This document shows, one piece after another, positions 1 to 13,989 of a stretch of DNA of 64,000 bases; within the stretch, counting starts at the first letter, position 1; every line of letters starts with the position of its first letter. The notes below the pieces were generated by a model, which saw nothing but the letters and a program-made list of their open reading frames with translations, was not told where the DNA came from and did not search any database. The stretch is from Catajapyx aquilonaris (Eukaryota). The stretch is from the NCBI GenBank assembly GCA_000934665.2, contig KZ537964.1, positions 124,001-188,000 of the forward strand, read 5' to 3'. The position numbers and the translations under genes were made by a program.

Positions 1-1389
1 TATTAAATGACGTATCGCATTGTTCCTCGTGCCCGTGAACCAAGTCCGGCCAAGTCATCTCACTTAGCTTATAGCCTCGAAGAAAGGCTTGGCGTCCACC
101 ACGATCTCACGACTTTGTACGGCGGAGTGGACAAGGCTTGGCACCCAGACACCATCTCACAGGTTTTTTTGGGGGAGACGACTTGGCGCTTTTTTTTTTT
201 ACGAGTGCGTTTTTGAGTGGGATCTCACTACTTTTTGTTAGGTTGAATCAAGGTTGAATGAAAGAATGACACTAAGAAAGTAACGTCAATTGTTGGGTGT
301 ATATAATAATAATAGCTGCCTCGGAGTATGGCCAATGTCCTTGTCCCGAGAATCTATTGGCGCTGCATTCACCTTGAGTATTGTCCACGACGAGCCTCTT
401 AAAACGAGTGAATTGGAAACTGCAAAGGTCCGGCCTGAATTTAAGTCTTAATTAGTCTGTTATATTCCGTTAAATGGCTTCATCGTTAGCTTTAACTTGA
501 GTGGGGTCAAAGTTGGTTAGATGAATTCCATCCAATTTTTTGACTCGAGACAAGGCCACTTACGCTTGACCACATCAGAAAAGTGACGAGCCAAATGCCC
601 ATAATGTCTCTTATGAATCGTGATGCCGTAAGCTATTGTTCAGGGGTACTGTTTCCTATGGATGAATGCGTTTGCCATGATTTGAAATTTGCTCATGATC
701 GGTTTTAACCAGTTGAAAATTCAATTCTTACGGATTTAACTTTTTGGCTAATCGGGGTGGTATGTAACACTGACTGTGAGTACAGACCCAACTGCACCGT
801 TAACCAAGCCAACTGGAACAGAGAGTGAGAGAAAGACACGTCTAGCCTCTAGAATTCTCTTTGCAACAATGTCAATACATTGGTACTATGGAGACCATAC
901 ATCATGTATTGGCATTGTTGTATTTTTTTATTTTTTTCGTGTTTGAATGGCTGCAGTCTGGACCCAAGATGGGCGACTTTGGACTTTTCCTGGGGGTTTC
1001 AGAGGAGGGCCAATTTTTGTACAAAATTTGGGATCTGTACGATAACTGGAACTGGCCAATCATTTTGATTATCGCCATCCCCATATTATATGAATCAGAC
1101 AAAAAAAGGCCAATTTGGGCCCTCTCCTGGCGTGGACCTAGTGGTCCACATTTCACGACAATTTATTTGTAGGGTCCCTGGGTGTGCCCCATTGTCGTAT
1201 TAAAATTTCAGCCTTGCAGCATTTCCCTGTGCCGAACTAGAAAATGCCGAAATGTAGAGAGCGAGTGAGCTCGAGTAAAGGATGCACGGCAGCGCGAGAC
1301 GTAAGAAGAGTAAAGGAGAGAAGGGGCGAATGGTCTGGGTCAGTGGCGGTGGAAGTGGCTTAGACTTGGCGGGATGCACTGCCGTGCAT

Positions 1390-1669
1390 CTTGATGCGTT
1401 TGGGGAGGTGGCTTGTGTCCTTGGCAACCATAATAATTATACCCGCTCCCTGTTGAGTTTTTTTTTTAATGGAACGATTGGTGGGGAAATATTTCCCCCC
1501 TTTTGGGTTACCAATATTGCATAAAGTGTAAACAAACTTATCTCATTCTTGAGGTTTTCGACATAACGCCCATCTCCTTTGAAATCGAATCCTGATTGGT
1601 CAACCGGTAGGGGGCGGGACTAATAATTGTGGTTGCCAAGGACACAAGCCACCTCCCAAAACACATGAG
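1390..1669. mobile_element. MITE with ~45 bp terminal inverted repeats
   Basis: GTTTGGGGAGGTGGCTTGTGTCCTTGGCAACCA (~1398-1430) pairs with TGGTTGCCAAGGACACAAGCCACCTCCCAAAAC (~1630-1662). Confidence 0.75.
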
Positions 1670-3582
1670 TTATCTTGTCCCTAGTGTACAAGGGATCTGA
1701 AGCCACCGTTGCTCTTAGCAAGAGAAGGGATGAGAGGAGGAAGAGGAAGAGTGAGGTACTATCAGTCCAACAAGAATTGTCGCAGCGGCAGCGCACAAAC
1801 TACAATCTACGAGCACAATGACACGAGAGAAGATGATATGTGCTTCGAACATTAACAGTTTCATAAGTTTGGTGTTAATGTGCATTATATGGCTAAATAT
1901 GCTGCTGTGATTGAACCTGATCCAATGTCAATAATAATGCAGTCTTGCGCATTAGTTGTTAATTGCCCATTCATTGTGATGGCTGCACCTAACCCTTATT
2001 ATGAGGAGTTTAAAGAAAGATTAAGTATTGCATTAACACCATACAACATCATGTGTTTGTTGTGGCCATTTTTGGTAGGTGTGCGCGCTGTAGGTGGTCA
2101 TGTACTGTATTTGTCATATTTTCTTCCTGTGATGTCACATTTATCTGAGTCGTCTTCTTGTCTGTTGAGCACCTGTGGGAGCAAGTGGAAGGCATTTGAC
2201 GTGGGCCTAGCCACTCCTTTGTTGACGTCATGTATCTACAAGTGAAATCAGCTGCATTGCACAATTATTGCCCAGTCTGACATGATCCTAATTTTGGGCT
2301 GTAATAGGCTATATTGATCAAGTTTCTGCTACCACTGTAATGTTTGAAATGGAATCATTCAGTATTCAATTCTACATCATATGACGAAATCATTCCAATA
2401 TGACTGATTGTTCTGCAAGGTCGTCATAATTAGGATATGCAGTTGTGCACAATTAATTTTTTTTCTCGTTTTTCACAGGATGCAAGTTTTGGGACAGCTC
2501 ATTTCAGCATCGAGAATAGGCTTTGGGGAGTGCAGATGTGAGTGTGATCTGACATCCACTACTTCGCGGAGGATGCGTTGGACCAGTCTTTGGAGGCACA
2601 ATGTGAAAATCCCACTCGGTTCGATGGACAGCTGATTTTCATCCCAATCTCCAATCAGATGCGTCAAACTCATCTTGGTTGTTCTTCAACTATGTCTTTG
2701 CAACTCAACACCCATGGTGAGCATCATATACTTGTACCTTTGTGCTGCTGCTATCCCAAGTTGTTTGGCAGTAATTTTTAGGACTGCAATGGGATCTCTC
2801 ATTATTGAGGCTTATACTTCATGGGAGGATATACTGAGGAAACTTATTGTAGCTGTAGCATGCCTCACATCCATGGTTTAATAAAATATGGGAAGGCATT
2901 AATTAAATTTTTGTGAGCACAAAACCTACTCTTACATCAGATGGTAAAATGGGCTGAATTGCATTTTGAGAAGAAAAAGGCAGAGAACTGTTGCAAAGTG
3001 GAGGAAGATTATTGTTTGAAACTGAGCAGATTAATTAGATCAAAATGGTAATTTTCATTAATAAATGTGTCATATCAGTCTGCAATTAAATTTCACAAAT
3101 CTCTGCAGATTTTAAAACTTGATGTAGCTGCAATGTTATAACAGTTGAAGTTACCGATAGTGTCCCAAGCCATTAAGTGCATAATTGGCCAATACTTCTC
3201 AACGCTTTTGACTCAGAAGATTTATACGATGCCTCTTTTTATGAAGGTGATGTCATTGGCATTTAATTGTTGTATAGGCCTATACACCAGTGCCAATGAT
3301 AACATTTAACTTTAAGTATGTTGTTGATTAAATAAATTTGCAGTATCAAGGCACTCATGAATATTGTTCATCTCCAAGTCATGTTCAGCTGGCTGTTTGA
3401 AATTATTCTAAGTCTTTCAAGGTCAAATACAGTACTTTTTATCTATTTCCTTTCTTTCTAGATTGTCAAGCAGCCTAAGACAACAGTGAAGATCCTGGAA
3501 AAGAGCAACAGTCAGAAGAAGTTATATTATTGTGCATATCTTTATTGCTATTTTTGTAGTGTCAGAAATAAAGAGTGCCATT

Positions 3583-3841
3583 CCCCCTCTGATGGCAGCC
3601 AGGGAGGCTTCAATGGATGGTGGCCCATGGGCAATGTAAGCTACGTTGTCTCCCCTTCCCCTATCCTCCCAGGGCTTGCCCTGGGGGGATAGGGGAGACA
3701 ACGTAACTTACATCGTCCCATACGTGCACCCCCATCCATCAAAGCCTCACCTTCAATGGACGGGGGGCACATGTGGACGACATAACCTACGTCATCCACA
3801 CGTGCACCCCCATCCATCGAAGCCTCGCCCATCAGCAGGGG
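3583..3841. repeat. Fold-back element made of two related hairpins closed by an outer stem
   Basis: GTAAGCTACGTTGTCTCCCC / GGGGAGACAACGTAACTTAC. Duplicated CGTGCACCCCCATCCATC. Outer CCCCTCTGATGG / CCATCAGCAGGGG. Confidence 0.65.
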
Positions 3842-5556
3842 CAAGGGACTGAGTCAACCAATCAGACTCTCTCACTGGACTCGGAAAAAATTGCAGGAAA
3901 ATAGGGGGAGGAGTCAACAAGATAGGCTCCGCGACAGCGGACTTTGCGAATGCAGGCGGCCGGGGCCGCCCGAAATTACGCCCGGTTAGCCCCGGCCTTA
4001 GGGAAGAGGAGGTGGGAAAGGATTCTGCTGCTTATTATGACTGGCACCATCTGGAAAGAGAAAATGGACGAAAACAAAGGGGCAAAAATAGGGATACAAG
4101 AAAAATGATGGTCATTTCAGGCAGGGCTGCTGGCTTCCAGAGTGGCATCATCTCAACAGCAGGCAGCAAATTACCAGCACTGGAAAGAAAATAAAATTAT
4201 TCAAAAACATAATATAAAATGGTAAATGCAATTGCATGGAAATTGAACTTATTGCTTCCTGTGCAGAAATTAAGCAAATTTGAGCACATTGATATTTCCC
4301 AGCCAGACACATAAAAAAAACCTAATTGACATGATCACAACAGTTTTCAGCGAGAGAAATGCCAAAGCTGATAGCAGTCAAGTAGAAGACATCTGTAGCA
4401 GAACTGATTAAGTGGAAATGCTGTAAAGGCAATTTCATCTGCAAAGACTTTGAGTGCAGAACAAAAGGTTGCCGCTAGTTTCCCAATAGAAAGCAGATGC
4501 ATTCAAAATAGTCATTTTATTGCAGTCAGGTAATTCTCACAGGAGCCAACACTCAAATCCACACAACTACCTTGATCTCAATGATACTGACCTACAGCAA
4601 CATCTTGTTATTGGCATCATCCTCTGGTAACGGTCCTGGAAATCACTGCTGCTCTTCCTCTGGGCGAAAGAAATCTGAAAGCAACAGAAATGCAAGAATT
4701 AAATCAGGTGAAACAGTTACATGTTGCAAGACCCAACATACACTGAAAGCCAAGTCATAAGAGTTATGTAACTACTTATGTCGTGAGGCATGTTCGACGA
4801 CTCTGGTAAATTCCAACAGGATTACTTTTGGCACTTCAGTGTAATGCAGGAACAAATGCGCACACTACAATCACTGAATTACTGCTGANGAAAGTCGAAC
4901 CTCGGAGTTTTTTAGTCTTTTCTTACTACCCACCCCACCTACCCCCAAACTTCGAACATTCCCAGAATCTAGGAGAGAAACTGAACTTAAATTAGTATGA
5001 CTTGCGGTTCTCCCGATCATCTCTTCTCGACCAAAAAGGAAAATAACTGGAGCGAAGGTCAGGCACTCGCAGCAGGTCCCAGGCGTAACCATGGAACCCC
5101 CCTACTGGGAGTCACTTGATATAATCACCAACAGATATGGGCGATGGCCAGTAAATTATAATTACTGGGCATACAATTCGCCTTAATTTGATTCAAAGTA
5201 CTCTGACAAGTTACTATGCGAGCTTCACTGTTGTACTGCAGATTTGGGCAATGCCATTATTATTGTGCATGAATGGATTGACTTCTCTTCCACATTTAAC
5301 ACCTATGGCTTACATCCAGCATTTTAATTCGCTCAATCAGAAAATTAAATAAGTAGTGGACTGTGATTCGTTAATTATTGATGTCTTTTCCAAAAGGAGA
5401 CTTTGTGGCACTCAGCTTATTTAGTCAATTCAAACTCTAAATTACTATTTAGTAATGACCTTTGGCTTCTCAGAACCCCTTGCTTCCAGGCCACACCCCA
5501 CTATACTTGCCCAATGGCATGGCAGTGCTAATTTGTAAAAAAAAATTGTATTGAAA

Positions 5557-7384
5557 GTGCATTATTATTTGTGAGACCCAGTCCAAGGGCACATGTGTTG
5601 ACTCATGAAATGGTTTCTAGATGTTCAATGCGAATTGCTGTGGTGGTTACAAAATATAAATTGTTCCTTCAAGTGAATTAGTGGAATCCTAGTTATCAAC
5701 AAAATTAATGCTTAAAATCTAAATCAAATAACAGTTGAAATGGGATATGCAGGTTTCTGAGGGTTCCTCGTCAAAAGAATGTGCCTTGAATACGGTTATT
5801 CTGTTAAACTATATATTTTTACATTTGACCATCAAAAGTTAATTATGCTTTGAGAAGTCACCTGTAATCTACTGAAAAATGGCCTGGCAGTGTTAATTAG
5901 TAAAAGCACTGCATTGGAAACATTAAATCTGTCAGATGGAATCAATGACCTGAGTATGTAGCCTTCTCGTAAAATGTGGTAAGTGTTACTTATGTATTCA
6001 CTGCGAAGCATACAGACATTTGATTGAACCTGCGAGGAAATTGTAATTACTTTGCAAGTTAACGAGCAATGACAAGAGCATTGTGACATTGATGGTTATG
6101 TTTCACTCCCAGGCTTAATGCGATTAATATGCACGTACTGCGCATTAGTCTTTCAGTTAAGTTTTCCCTTCAATGGCATTTTTCTCGTAATTAATCTGCT
6201 TATAATTTAGCAGTGTCATGAGTGGCTATTTAAATTGCTTCCCAATTAATCAGGTCACCACTGTACTTGCCCAATGCAAGTCAAGTTCACCTAGCATGAA
6301 AATCACCGGAATGTCCCATGTCACAAAAACATGAATTAGTAGATGAATCATGTTTTAATAACACCCTGTGGCACCAACATCTCTTCCATATGCCTCATTA
6401 GAATATAAATAGTATTATAACAAATGTCACAATTATTGTTATCTATAGCCTACTTATCTATACTTGTAATTCTAATAAATGCTATAATCATACAACTTAT
6501 ATTCTAATGTTATCTATACTTAATTGTAATCAATGTTATCGTACAACATATTCTAAGGAGCCATATGGGAGAAAGATGTTGGAGCCACAAAGTTATTAAA
6601 ACATGATTCATTTTCTACTAATTCATAAATTGAAAAACTAATGCGCAGTATGTGCATTTTCATAGTGAAATTAAGGCTTGGAGTGACACACATGCCTACG
6701 TATGCTTCGCAGTGAATACACATGCACCACCACATTTTTTAATGAGAAGGCTGTCACCTAATAGGTGAAATACAAAAGTCTTTTTTCGCAAATGAGCACT
6801 GCCGGGCCTAATGGTCCAATACTGACAGCGACATTTTTTCGAGGCAGCAGCAGAACACATCGGAGTGATGAAGTACGTACGAACCGTGAGAGTAAGAAAT
6901 TGTATGCCCTGGGCTGGCTGGGCACAAAATATAGTGTTGAGCCAACCGGTGACATCACCCAAGGCATACCATTTCTGACTTGCACGGCTAGTCAGCCCCA
7001 CTTCGACGTGCTCTTCTGCTGCCTCAGAAAATTGGCACTCACTGTCAGTATATCCTAGCATTAATGTCCAGCACTGTACACCCATGTATAGGTGTCTTCC
7101 CAAAGCAAATTAACTTTTGATTGTCAAATGTCAAAATAGATCACAGTATTCAAGGCACATGCTTTTGACAAGTAACCCTCAGAAACCTGCATATCCCATT
7201 TCAACTGTCCTTATTTTATTAATTGTAATGCTAAGGACCTGTTGATAACTAGGATTCCATTCATATTCCACAATAAGTTATCATTCGGAATCACACTGAA
7301 TAGCTATAGAAACCTTCATTTCATGAATTGCTGCCTTCATCACATGTGCCCTACTTGGACTGGTTCTCACAAATATTAATGCAC
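5557..7384. mobile_element. Non-autonomous DNA transposon with ~210 bp diverged terminal inverted repeats
   Basis: 5557-5765 is the reverse complement of 7174-7384, e.g. CAGTTGAAATGGGATATGCAGGTTTCTGAGGGTT / AACCCTCAGAAACCTGCATATCCCATTTCAACTG and GGAATCCTAGTTATCAACA / TGTTGATAACTAGGATTCC. Confidence 0.8.
6797..7076. mobile_element. Tc1/mariner-type MITE nested in the 5557-7384 element, related to the MITEs at 54085-54404
   Basis: Right end CCAGCACTG followed by TA. Internal AGCGACATTTTTTCGAGGCAGCAGCAGAA and TCTTCTGCTGCCTCAGAAAA resemble the 54.1-54.4 kb copies. Confidence 0.6.
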
Positions 7385-9726
7385 TATTGTGCAGTGAAAT
7401 GAACCCTACAGTTGCACTACCTCAAGTCAAAAAATGCCTCACACCAGTGCTTTGATTGTCCAGGGCAGAAAAATTAAATTGCGAATTCTGGAAGGTTCCT
7501 ATAGTACATGATGTGGCCATTTCAAATGCAAAAATTGCACATTGTCAACTTTCGAGCCCAGGTTTTCATTACTAAAAGGGAATTTTTTAAAGCAGGATCC
7601 AATAAAAATAATCCTGTAACACGGCAAAATCAATCCTGATGGAAGACATCCTTTTTTTACAATGCCCAATTTTGATTCAAATAATTATTCGCAAACTGAA
7701 ACTTAACGAGTTCAATTCTAGTGGAACCTCATGACTACTCTAATCAAGTGGGGTACAATGGGCCAGCTCGTCTGAACACGTCAGTTGCCAGTTTTAGTTA
7801 ATCATTATGACTCGGAGGCATCATATAGTCTACTATTAATGCAAATACGGCAATAGACAATTTCCACACATTCCAATAGTCTGCTGAAGCCATTATCAAG
7901 GTTAAAAATTCGCAAATAACCGAATTTCAAGCCCTGATTTTCACCAAGGCGTGATAAAAAAAATTGGCAATTGCGATATTTTGCTTCATCTACAATCCCC
8001 ACTTGAAAAACACAGGCAGGAAAATTGATCATGGAATCGGTCAAGAGGGTTGTGTTTGTCAGGTACTCACCATAGAGTTGTAAAGGTGGTAGTCAAGTAG
8101 CGCTTCACGTTGACAACACATCCCGATGACCATTTTGACAGTCATCAGAGTCGATGGAGACACATCTACAGTCCTCGAACCCAATAAGTGCTGGCCTTCA
8201 AGTCAGTGTTGTCTCCCCTAGAAACAATATTCAAATATAATATACACTGCAATTTCCCGAGTGCTTGACTGGCATAGTACGTATGCACAATGCATGCTGT
8301 ACTATCCCCCAGCAATTAGGGATGCTTACCATATGGNCCCCCATCCACCCACCCTTACACGTCATATCTACAATCAAAATGCCTTGATTCGATCTGACTA
8401 GTCTGATGCAGCTGGAGGATAACACGAGGCTTCAAGGCCTCTTCGCGAGTACAGTGCAATGCATGCTGGTCCATTCTTGTTTTCGGAATGACGACATTAA
8501 TATCTGCATATTGAGCCAAAGGTCAGCTTTCGTCACACTTGGTCACACACAAATCTATTGGCTATACCGCTGGACCTGTCTAATAACCTGCTGGTAAAAT
8601 CGTCCTACTGGGGATTTTTTTTTAAAAATATTAGTAAATTAATATTGTTGTGAAATACTTTCATTTATTTGGAGTTAATTCACATTTTCCTTCCAGACGT
8701 TGCAGATATTAAAATATTACACATCATTGACTATTGCCACGAAAAATGAAAAAAGCAATTTTGCTGGGTTCCTAGTTCGGCGTAATATTAGCAGCTAATA
8801 CTTTTTATAATAACCAGTAAGAGTGCTAAGAGTTACTCAGCAACTGGCTAATAATAAGCAGCTTAGTGCAATAAAATTACAACAGCAATTGGAAAAATAT
8901 TTATGTGAAAAAGTGAAACTGAGGTTTTGCATAGACTATTTTGTCATCTGAGTGGTAGAATCTGATATTGAAAGCTGAGGATTTGCCCCCCTTTTTTTTT
9001 TTGCAAAATGTCCAAAAAATGCTCTAGAAACCTGGTTAATTTATTTTGCTGCAACTTTTATGATAATGATAAACGATAACCAAATATTTGAGCAGGACAT
9101 TGTTCATTGAAACTTAATCAAATTCATGCTGGTTTCGTGGCTATACCTCAAATTATTTTATTGCAACATTTGGTAAATCATGCATACGCACATAATATAT
9201 TAAAATTATTGTCACCAAACATGTGACAAAAAATTGGCCACCAGCAACACACCATTGTCCCTGACTCTAAATTGAAATTGAAATTGTGGAAGACTGTAGG
9301 CCTACTTATCGCCCTCTGACGCATTTATTTTATGGCCTTCCGAATAAGTTTATTTGCAATTAGGCTTACTCACAGTCTGGGTCTTACCGTACTTCATATT
9401 CAGGTATAGCCTAATGCTGTCAATAAGGAAGCAATCACATGATGACCTCTAGGTCATAATGCATGTATGGTGGAGATTGCACGGTTATATGTTTATTTCA
9501 CACCAATGAAATGTAATTTTCCCACGCAACAGAAACGCATCGTAAGTTTCGCATGTATTTTTTTAAAAAATCACACGTGCAGCATATATAACTTTCGCAA
9601 TGGTTCTGATCGTCTCACGATTTTCTGGTATATGTGGACGTGTGAGGGCAGGATTAACATCAAGTTTAGCTGGACTGCCCTATGTTTTTGACCGTACTAG
9701 ACCGTCCAGTTTCCTTCTGAACAATA

Positions 9727-12492
9727 ATGGACAGGTGGCTTATTAAAAGGCCCGTCAGATTCGCCATCATCGGGGTTTGTCTTATGTTATTCGGAATTTT
9801 TGCCAAGTACTTCGCCTTCCCTACGGCAGTGTACCTTTTCCTACAAAACGTGAGTATACGCATCAGTGTGTCAGACATACAGTAGGTCCAACACTTTGTC
9901 TTTATTCCCAGTATTTGTATCTCTATCCTGGATCTGAAGTGTGGGAGGTATGGAAGGAACCGCCAGTTCCGTTCAAGACAGACATCTATGTCTTCAATGT
10001 CACCAATCCAGAGGAAATTCGTCATTTCGGAGCCAAGCCCAAACTTCAAGAAGTTGGGAACTACGCTTACTCGTAAGGGCCGCTCCAATTGGGAAAATAC
10101 AGTCAAGCAAAAATTTCATGGGCAAAAAAACAAAATAAAACAAAAATGGTGCAGAAATTCCCAAATTTCATTGACAAAGAAAAACAGAAAAATTTCTACA
10201 CCACTGTATAATTAATACACTTTTTCTCTCTGCAGGCAATGGTTTAAAAAGCGCAATATCACCCTGAATGACAATATGACAGTGACGTATTACGACTCCA
10301 GAACCTTCCATTTCGAACCAACTTTGTCTCGTGGAAGCCTGGACGACGTGGTCACCGTTTTCAACTACCCTCTTGTGGTAGGTGTAGACTTTAGAGGATT
10401 GTCAGGTCAAGGTCGTATATCAGGTGTGTCGCCAATTTTATAGCAACAGTACGAAAAACCTATCCAAAGAAAAGTTACCAATTTCCGCGATTTCTTAATG
10501 TTTATACAGTATAATCAAAATGAAGACATCTTTTCACCATTGCTCTTCGAAATTCTTTATGCGATTAGGCTATTACATCACAGTTACGAGCGAGTATGGT
10601 ACTTTCATGTTACACCACATCCTGTTCAGACTTGACTTTGCAAAGTCAAGTCTGAACAGGATATACTAAAGTAGAAAAAAAATACAGGTAGGTACGCTAC
10701 AAGAAAATGGATGCCAATAGAAAAATTATAACTTCACATCATAAATACGGGTAAGTAAATACATCTAAAATTGTTCAATTAACAGAACCATTGTTGACTG
10801 ACATATTAGTCATATTGAGCGAGTACTTTTCCTGCATAATACAGGTGGACGGCATGGATACATTACAAGAAAATGGAGGATAATTGACACATTCTGACTT
10901 CATATTTGGAATCAGCGCCTATGAATGCATAAGAAACAGCTAAAATTATTCATGTAACAAAATCATTGCTGACCAGTGATATCGAAGGACTAAGACATCC
11001 ACAGTTTGGCTTCTGATCAGATAGGGGCTTAAAATAATGTGGAACAAGGAGGAATGAAATGTGTTGGGCTAACACTATTTTGTAATACCAGGAAGCAATA
11101 AGACAAGTGTCCCTAATGGGCCATTGGAGACTGAGCGCTTTCTTCGTGAACATGGTCCTGAGTCAGTTGGATCAGGACCTGTTTGTGACCAAGAGTGTCC
11201 GACAGCTTCTCTTCGATGGATACCACGAGCCTCTTCTCTCCATCGGACAGAAGTTCACCTCCAAGCAGTTCCTGGTGGACGACAAGTTCGCCTTCCTCTC
11301 CATTGTAATTAATTCTGATTTGTTGCTTTAACACAAGTGTACCAATAAGTGACCATTTGACAGATGAACATGTCGATGGAAGGACCACTGACTGTCAGGA
11401 CAGGTCAAGACAACATCTTCACATTGGGACAGGTCACTGCCTTCAAGGGGTCATCCTCTGTCCCCTTGTGGGGGAACCAATACTGCGACATGATCAACGG
11501 AACAGACGGACTCATCTTCCATCCGTTCATCGCTCGGAATGAACATCTTCCGATTTTCGTCAAGGAAGCTTGCAGGTGATTATAATATTACATAAGGCAG
11601 AATTTTAAAGACAGTAAATGCACAAATGTTTTAAATATTATGGCTCTAAAACGGGGAATTAAAATGAAATAAATAAATAAACGTTTTAAATATTGCCTGC
11701 TTTCAATGTAGGTCTGGCTTTCTCGAGTTCGTTGAGGATGTGTCCTTTGAGGGAATACCCATGTATAGATACACCTTGCCAGACGAGATCACTGCCAATC
11801 CGATGGAGAATCCTGACAACGAGTGCTTCTGCTCGGAATCCTCGATGGACCAGTGCCCTCCTTCTGGTCTGGCTGACCTCTTCCCTTGCATGGGAATACA
11901 AGTCTTCACTTCATTCCCACACTTTTATAGGGGAGACAAATTATTGCTTCAACTAGTCGATGGTCTGAGTCCAGACCCAGAGAAGCACCAGATGTATATG
12001 GACATACAACCTGTGAGTTACATGCCATGCCGTTGTGGTCGTTCCAGGAAGATCCAATGCTCTCTCAGCAAATCAAGTCTTCGTTTGCTTTCAGGTCTTG
12101 GGCTATCCATTTCGAGGCAGACGAAGAGGACAAATAAGTTTCGAGTTGAGGCCATATCCACATCTGACGCTATTTCGACATCTTCCCAGAGCTTTTGTCC
12201 CTATACTTTGGCTCAGTGAGGTCAGTTTTAATCCATTGTAAGTTATGGTTTCCTTCCCTGACCCTTCTTTTTATGAAATGTAATTACGTAGGACGTCCAG
12301 TTACCCAAGGACTTATTGTTCCAAGTGAAACTTCGCTTCCTGGCACCCAAAATGATAGTGGAAGTCACTTACTGGATCAGCCTAGTAGTGGGTGCAGCCA
12401 TGGTCATCTCCGGACTGGTTGTGTGGAAGGCGTCAAAAGAAGCGGGAAAATACTCTTCTATCCAGCAGGAAAACAACAAGCTCCTGGAATGA
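9727..12492 (+). CDS. CD36 / scavenger receptor class B family protein (croquemort/SNMP/SCARB-like), 8 exons, ~492 aa
   Basis: Exons 9727-9849, 9912-10072, 10236-10377, 11092-11304, 11364-11575, 11712-12012, 12095-12220, 12292-12492. All introns are GT-AG and the exons sum to 1479 nt in frame. N-terminal TM (FAIIGVCLMLFGIF), family motifs WKEPP..IYVFNVTNPEE..GAKPKLQEVG, TKSVRQLLFDGY, CDMINGTDG, NPDNECFC, SFPHFY..D, PILWL, and a C-terminal TM (ISLVVGAAMVISGLVVW). The paralog cannot be assigned. Confidence 0.93.
10619..10662. repeat. Perfect 44-bp palindrome in intron 3 of the CD36-like gene
   Basis: ATCCTGTTCAGACTTGACTTTG|CAAAGTCAAGTCTGAACAGGAT, with no spacer and no mismatch. Confidence 0.95.
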
Positions 12493-13989
12493 CTGCACAA
12501 TTCACAGTTCATTAATATGAGGGGAAAATAGCACTTATTTTATGTAGTTTCATCACCATTTGACCCCCAAGTATGATATTCTTGCTGTAGGTTAAAGTCA
12601 CTGATGTAATCTTCATTTACATTGGACTATGCCTGTGTGTAATCAGAGTTTGTCAAATTTCCTTTCGTACAACCAGCATAATTATGCTTGCATGACTTAC
12701 GTATTTAAGAATTCTTCCATCCATTTATCCGCAAATATCCAGGTGAAAGTCACATCACACGCACAACTAACCCAGTTTGAAAAATGGCAAATTTGAGAAT
12801 ACCGACTGTCAACATGTAGCATCCATTTAAAATGTACGTAGTATTTGCTTCGCAAGCTCTCAAGTACTACAAACACAGCAGGTGTTACCATGTTCAGGTG
12901 AGGTGAAATAACCAAATGCAACTGTCTAAAACCACCTGTTTACTCGTCCTCTGTATGAACCACTTGGTAAACAACAACAAATGTTCCTCTTTTTTTTATG
13001 GCAATAAATATTACCAACACTTCTTATTTTTGCAATATACAAAGGGGGGGGTAAAGGTAATGTGCAAAAACAAAGGGAAAGAAATTTGTGGACATAAAAC
13101 ATTTTGTGTATCCATAACTGTACAAACTCACCACTATTATGGTAATGATAATAATATAATATTAATATTTTATTCCAGGTGGGTGGAGGGGGGAGGGGGG
13201 AGGGTTGGAGGAAGAAGGTTCGAAGATACAATAATTTACATTGTCGTCGGGGTAAGGGTTTGGCGGAGGTGTGAGGAAAGGAAGGGAGCGCTTTGAAAAA
13301 ATTGGATATCTGACAAGTCACTAACTCCCAGCAGAAAAACTCACAACCATGCATAAATGACCAGATCGGAGGGCAGCAACTTATGTTTGCCATTTGGAAG
13401 TTCCCTTTTTGAAAATTCATACAAGCATGATTTAGGCAGCATCTGATCTCGATACTTTAAAGCCAAAGAGAATCTGTATCTAATAACTTCCAATGTAAAA
13501 GGGAACAATTTCTGTAAAACGGTTCTCAACCTTGTTATATTGTCGAATATTATAGTATCAAAATGCAAGCAATTTCTAATTGCAAACTACTTTTATCCAC
13601 TCTAAAGCGACTATTTGAAATTTGCCTATGACTCGTGATGCAATCTGCCAAACAGGAAAACACACTATTCTCCTGTGCTTCAAAAAAAGTCACTTTAATG
13701 CCTCTTCCGTGAGAGACTGGCCGCCCCCTTGAAATAAAACCCTTCCCATACACATCCACAAATGTACACTGTACAAGCGATCCCTCCCCCTCTCCCAGCA
13801 CCACACTATACATAATTAATCATGTCCAGTCCAAAGTCTGTTGTTGTCGAAGGTACAGGGGAATGATGGGTACAAGAGGGACATGGGTTTGAGGATGAGG
13901 GGAATTACATGATTATTCACACGTCTCTCGCACGCGCACACACACACGCAGACTTCCTCACACGTGCATATACACTCGTTGTGATCTCA

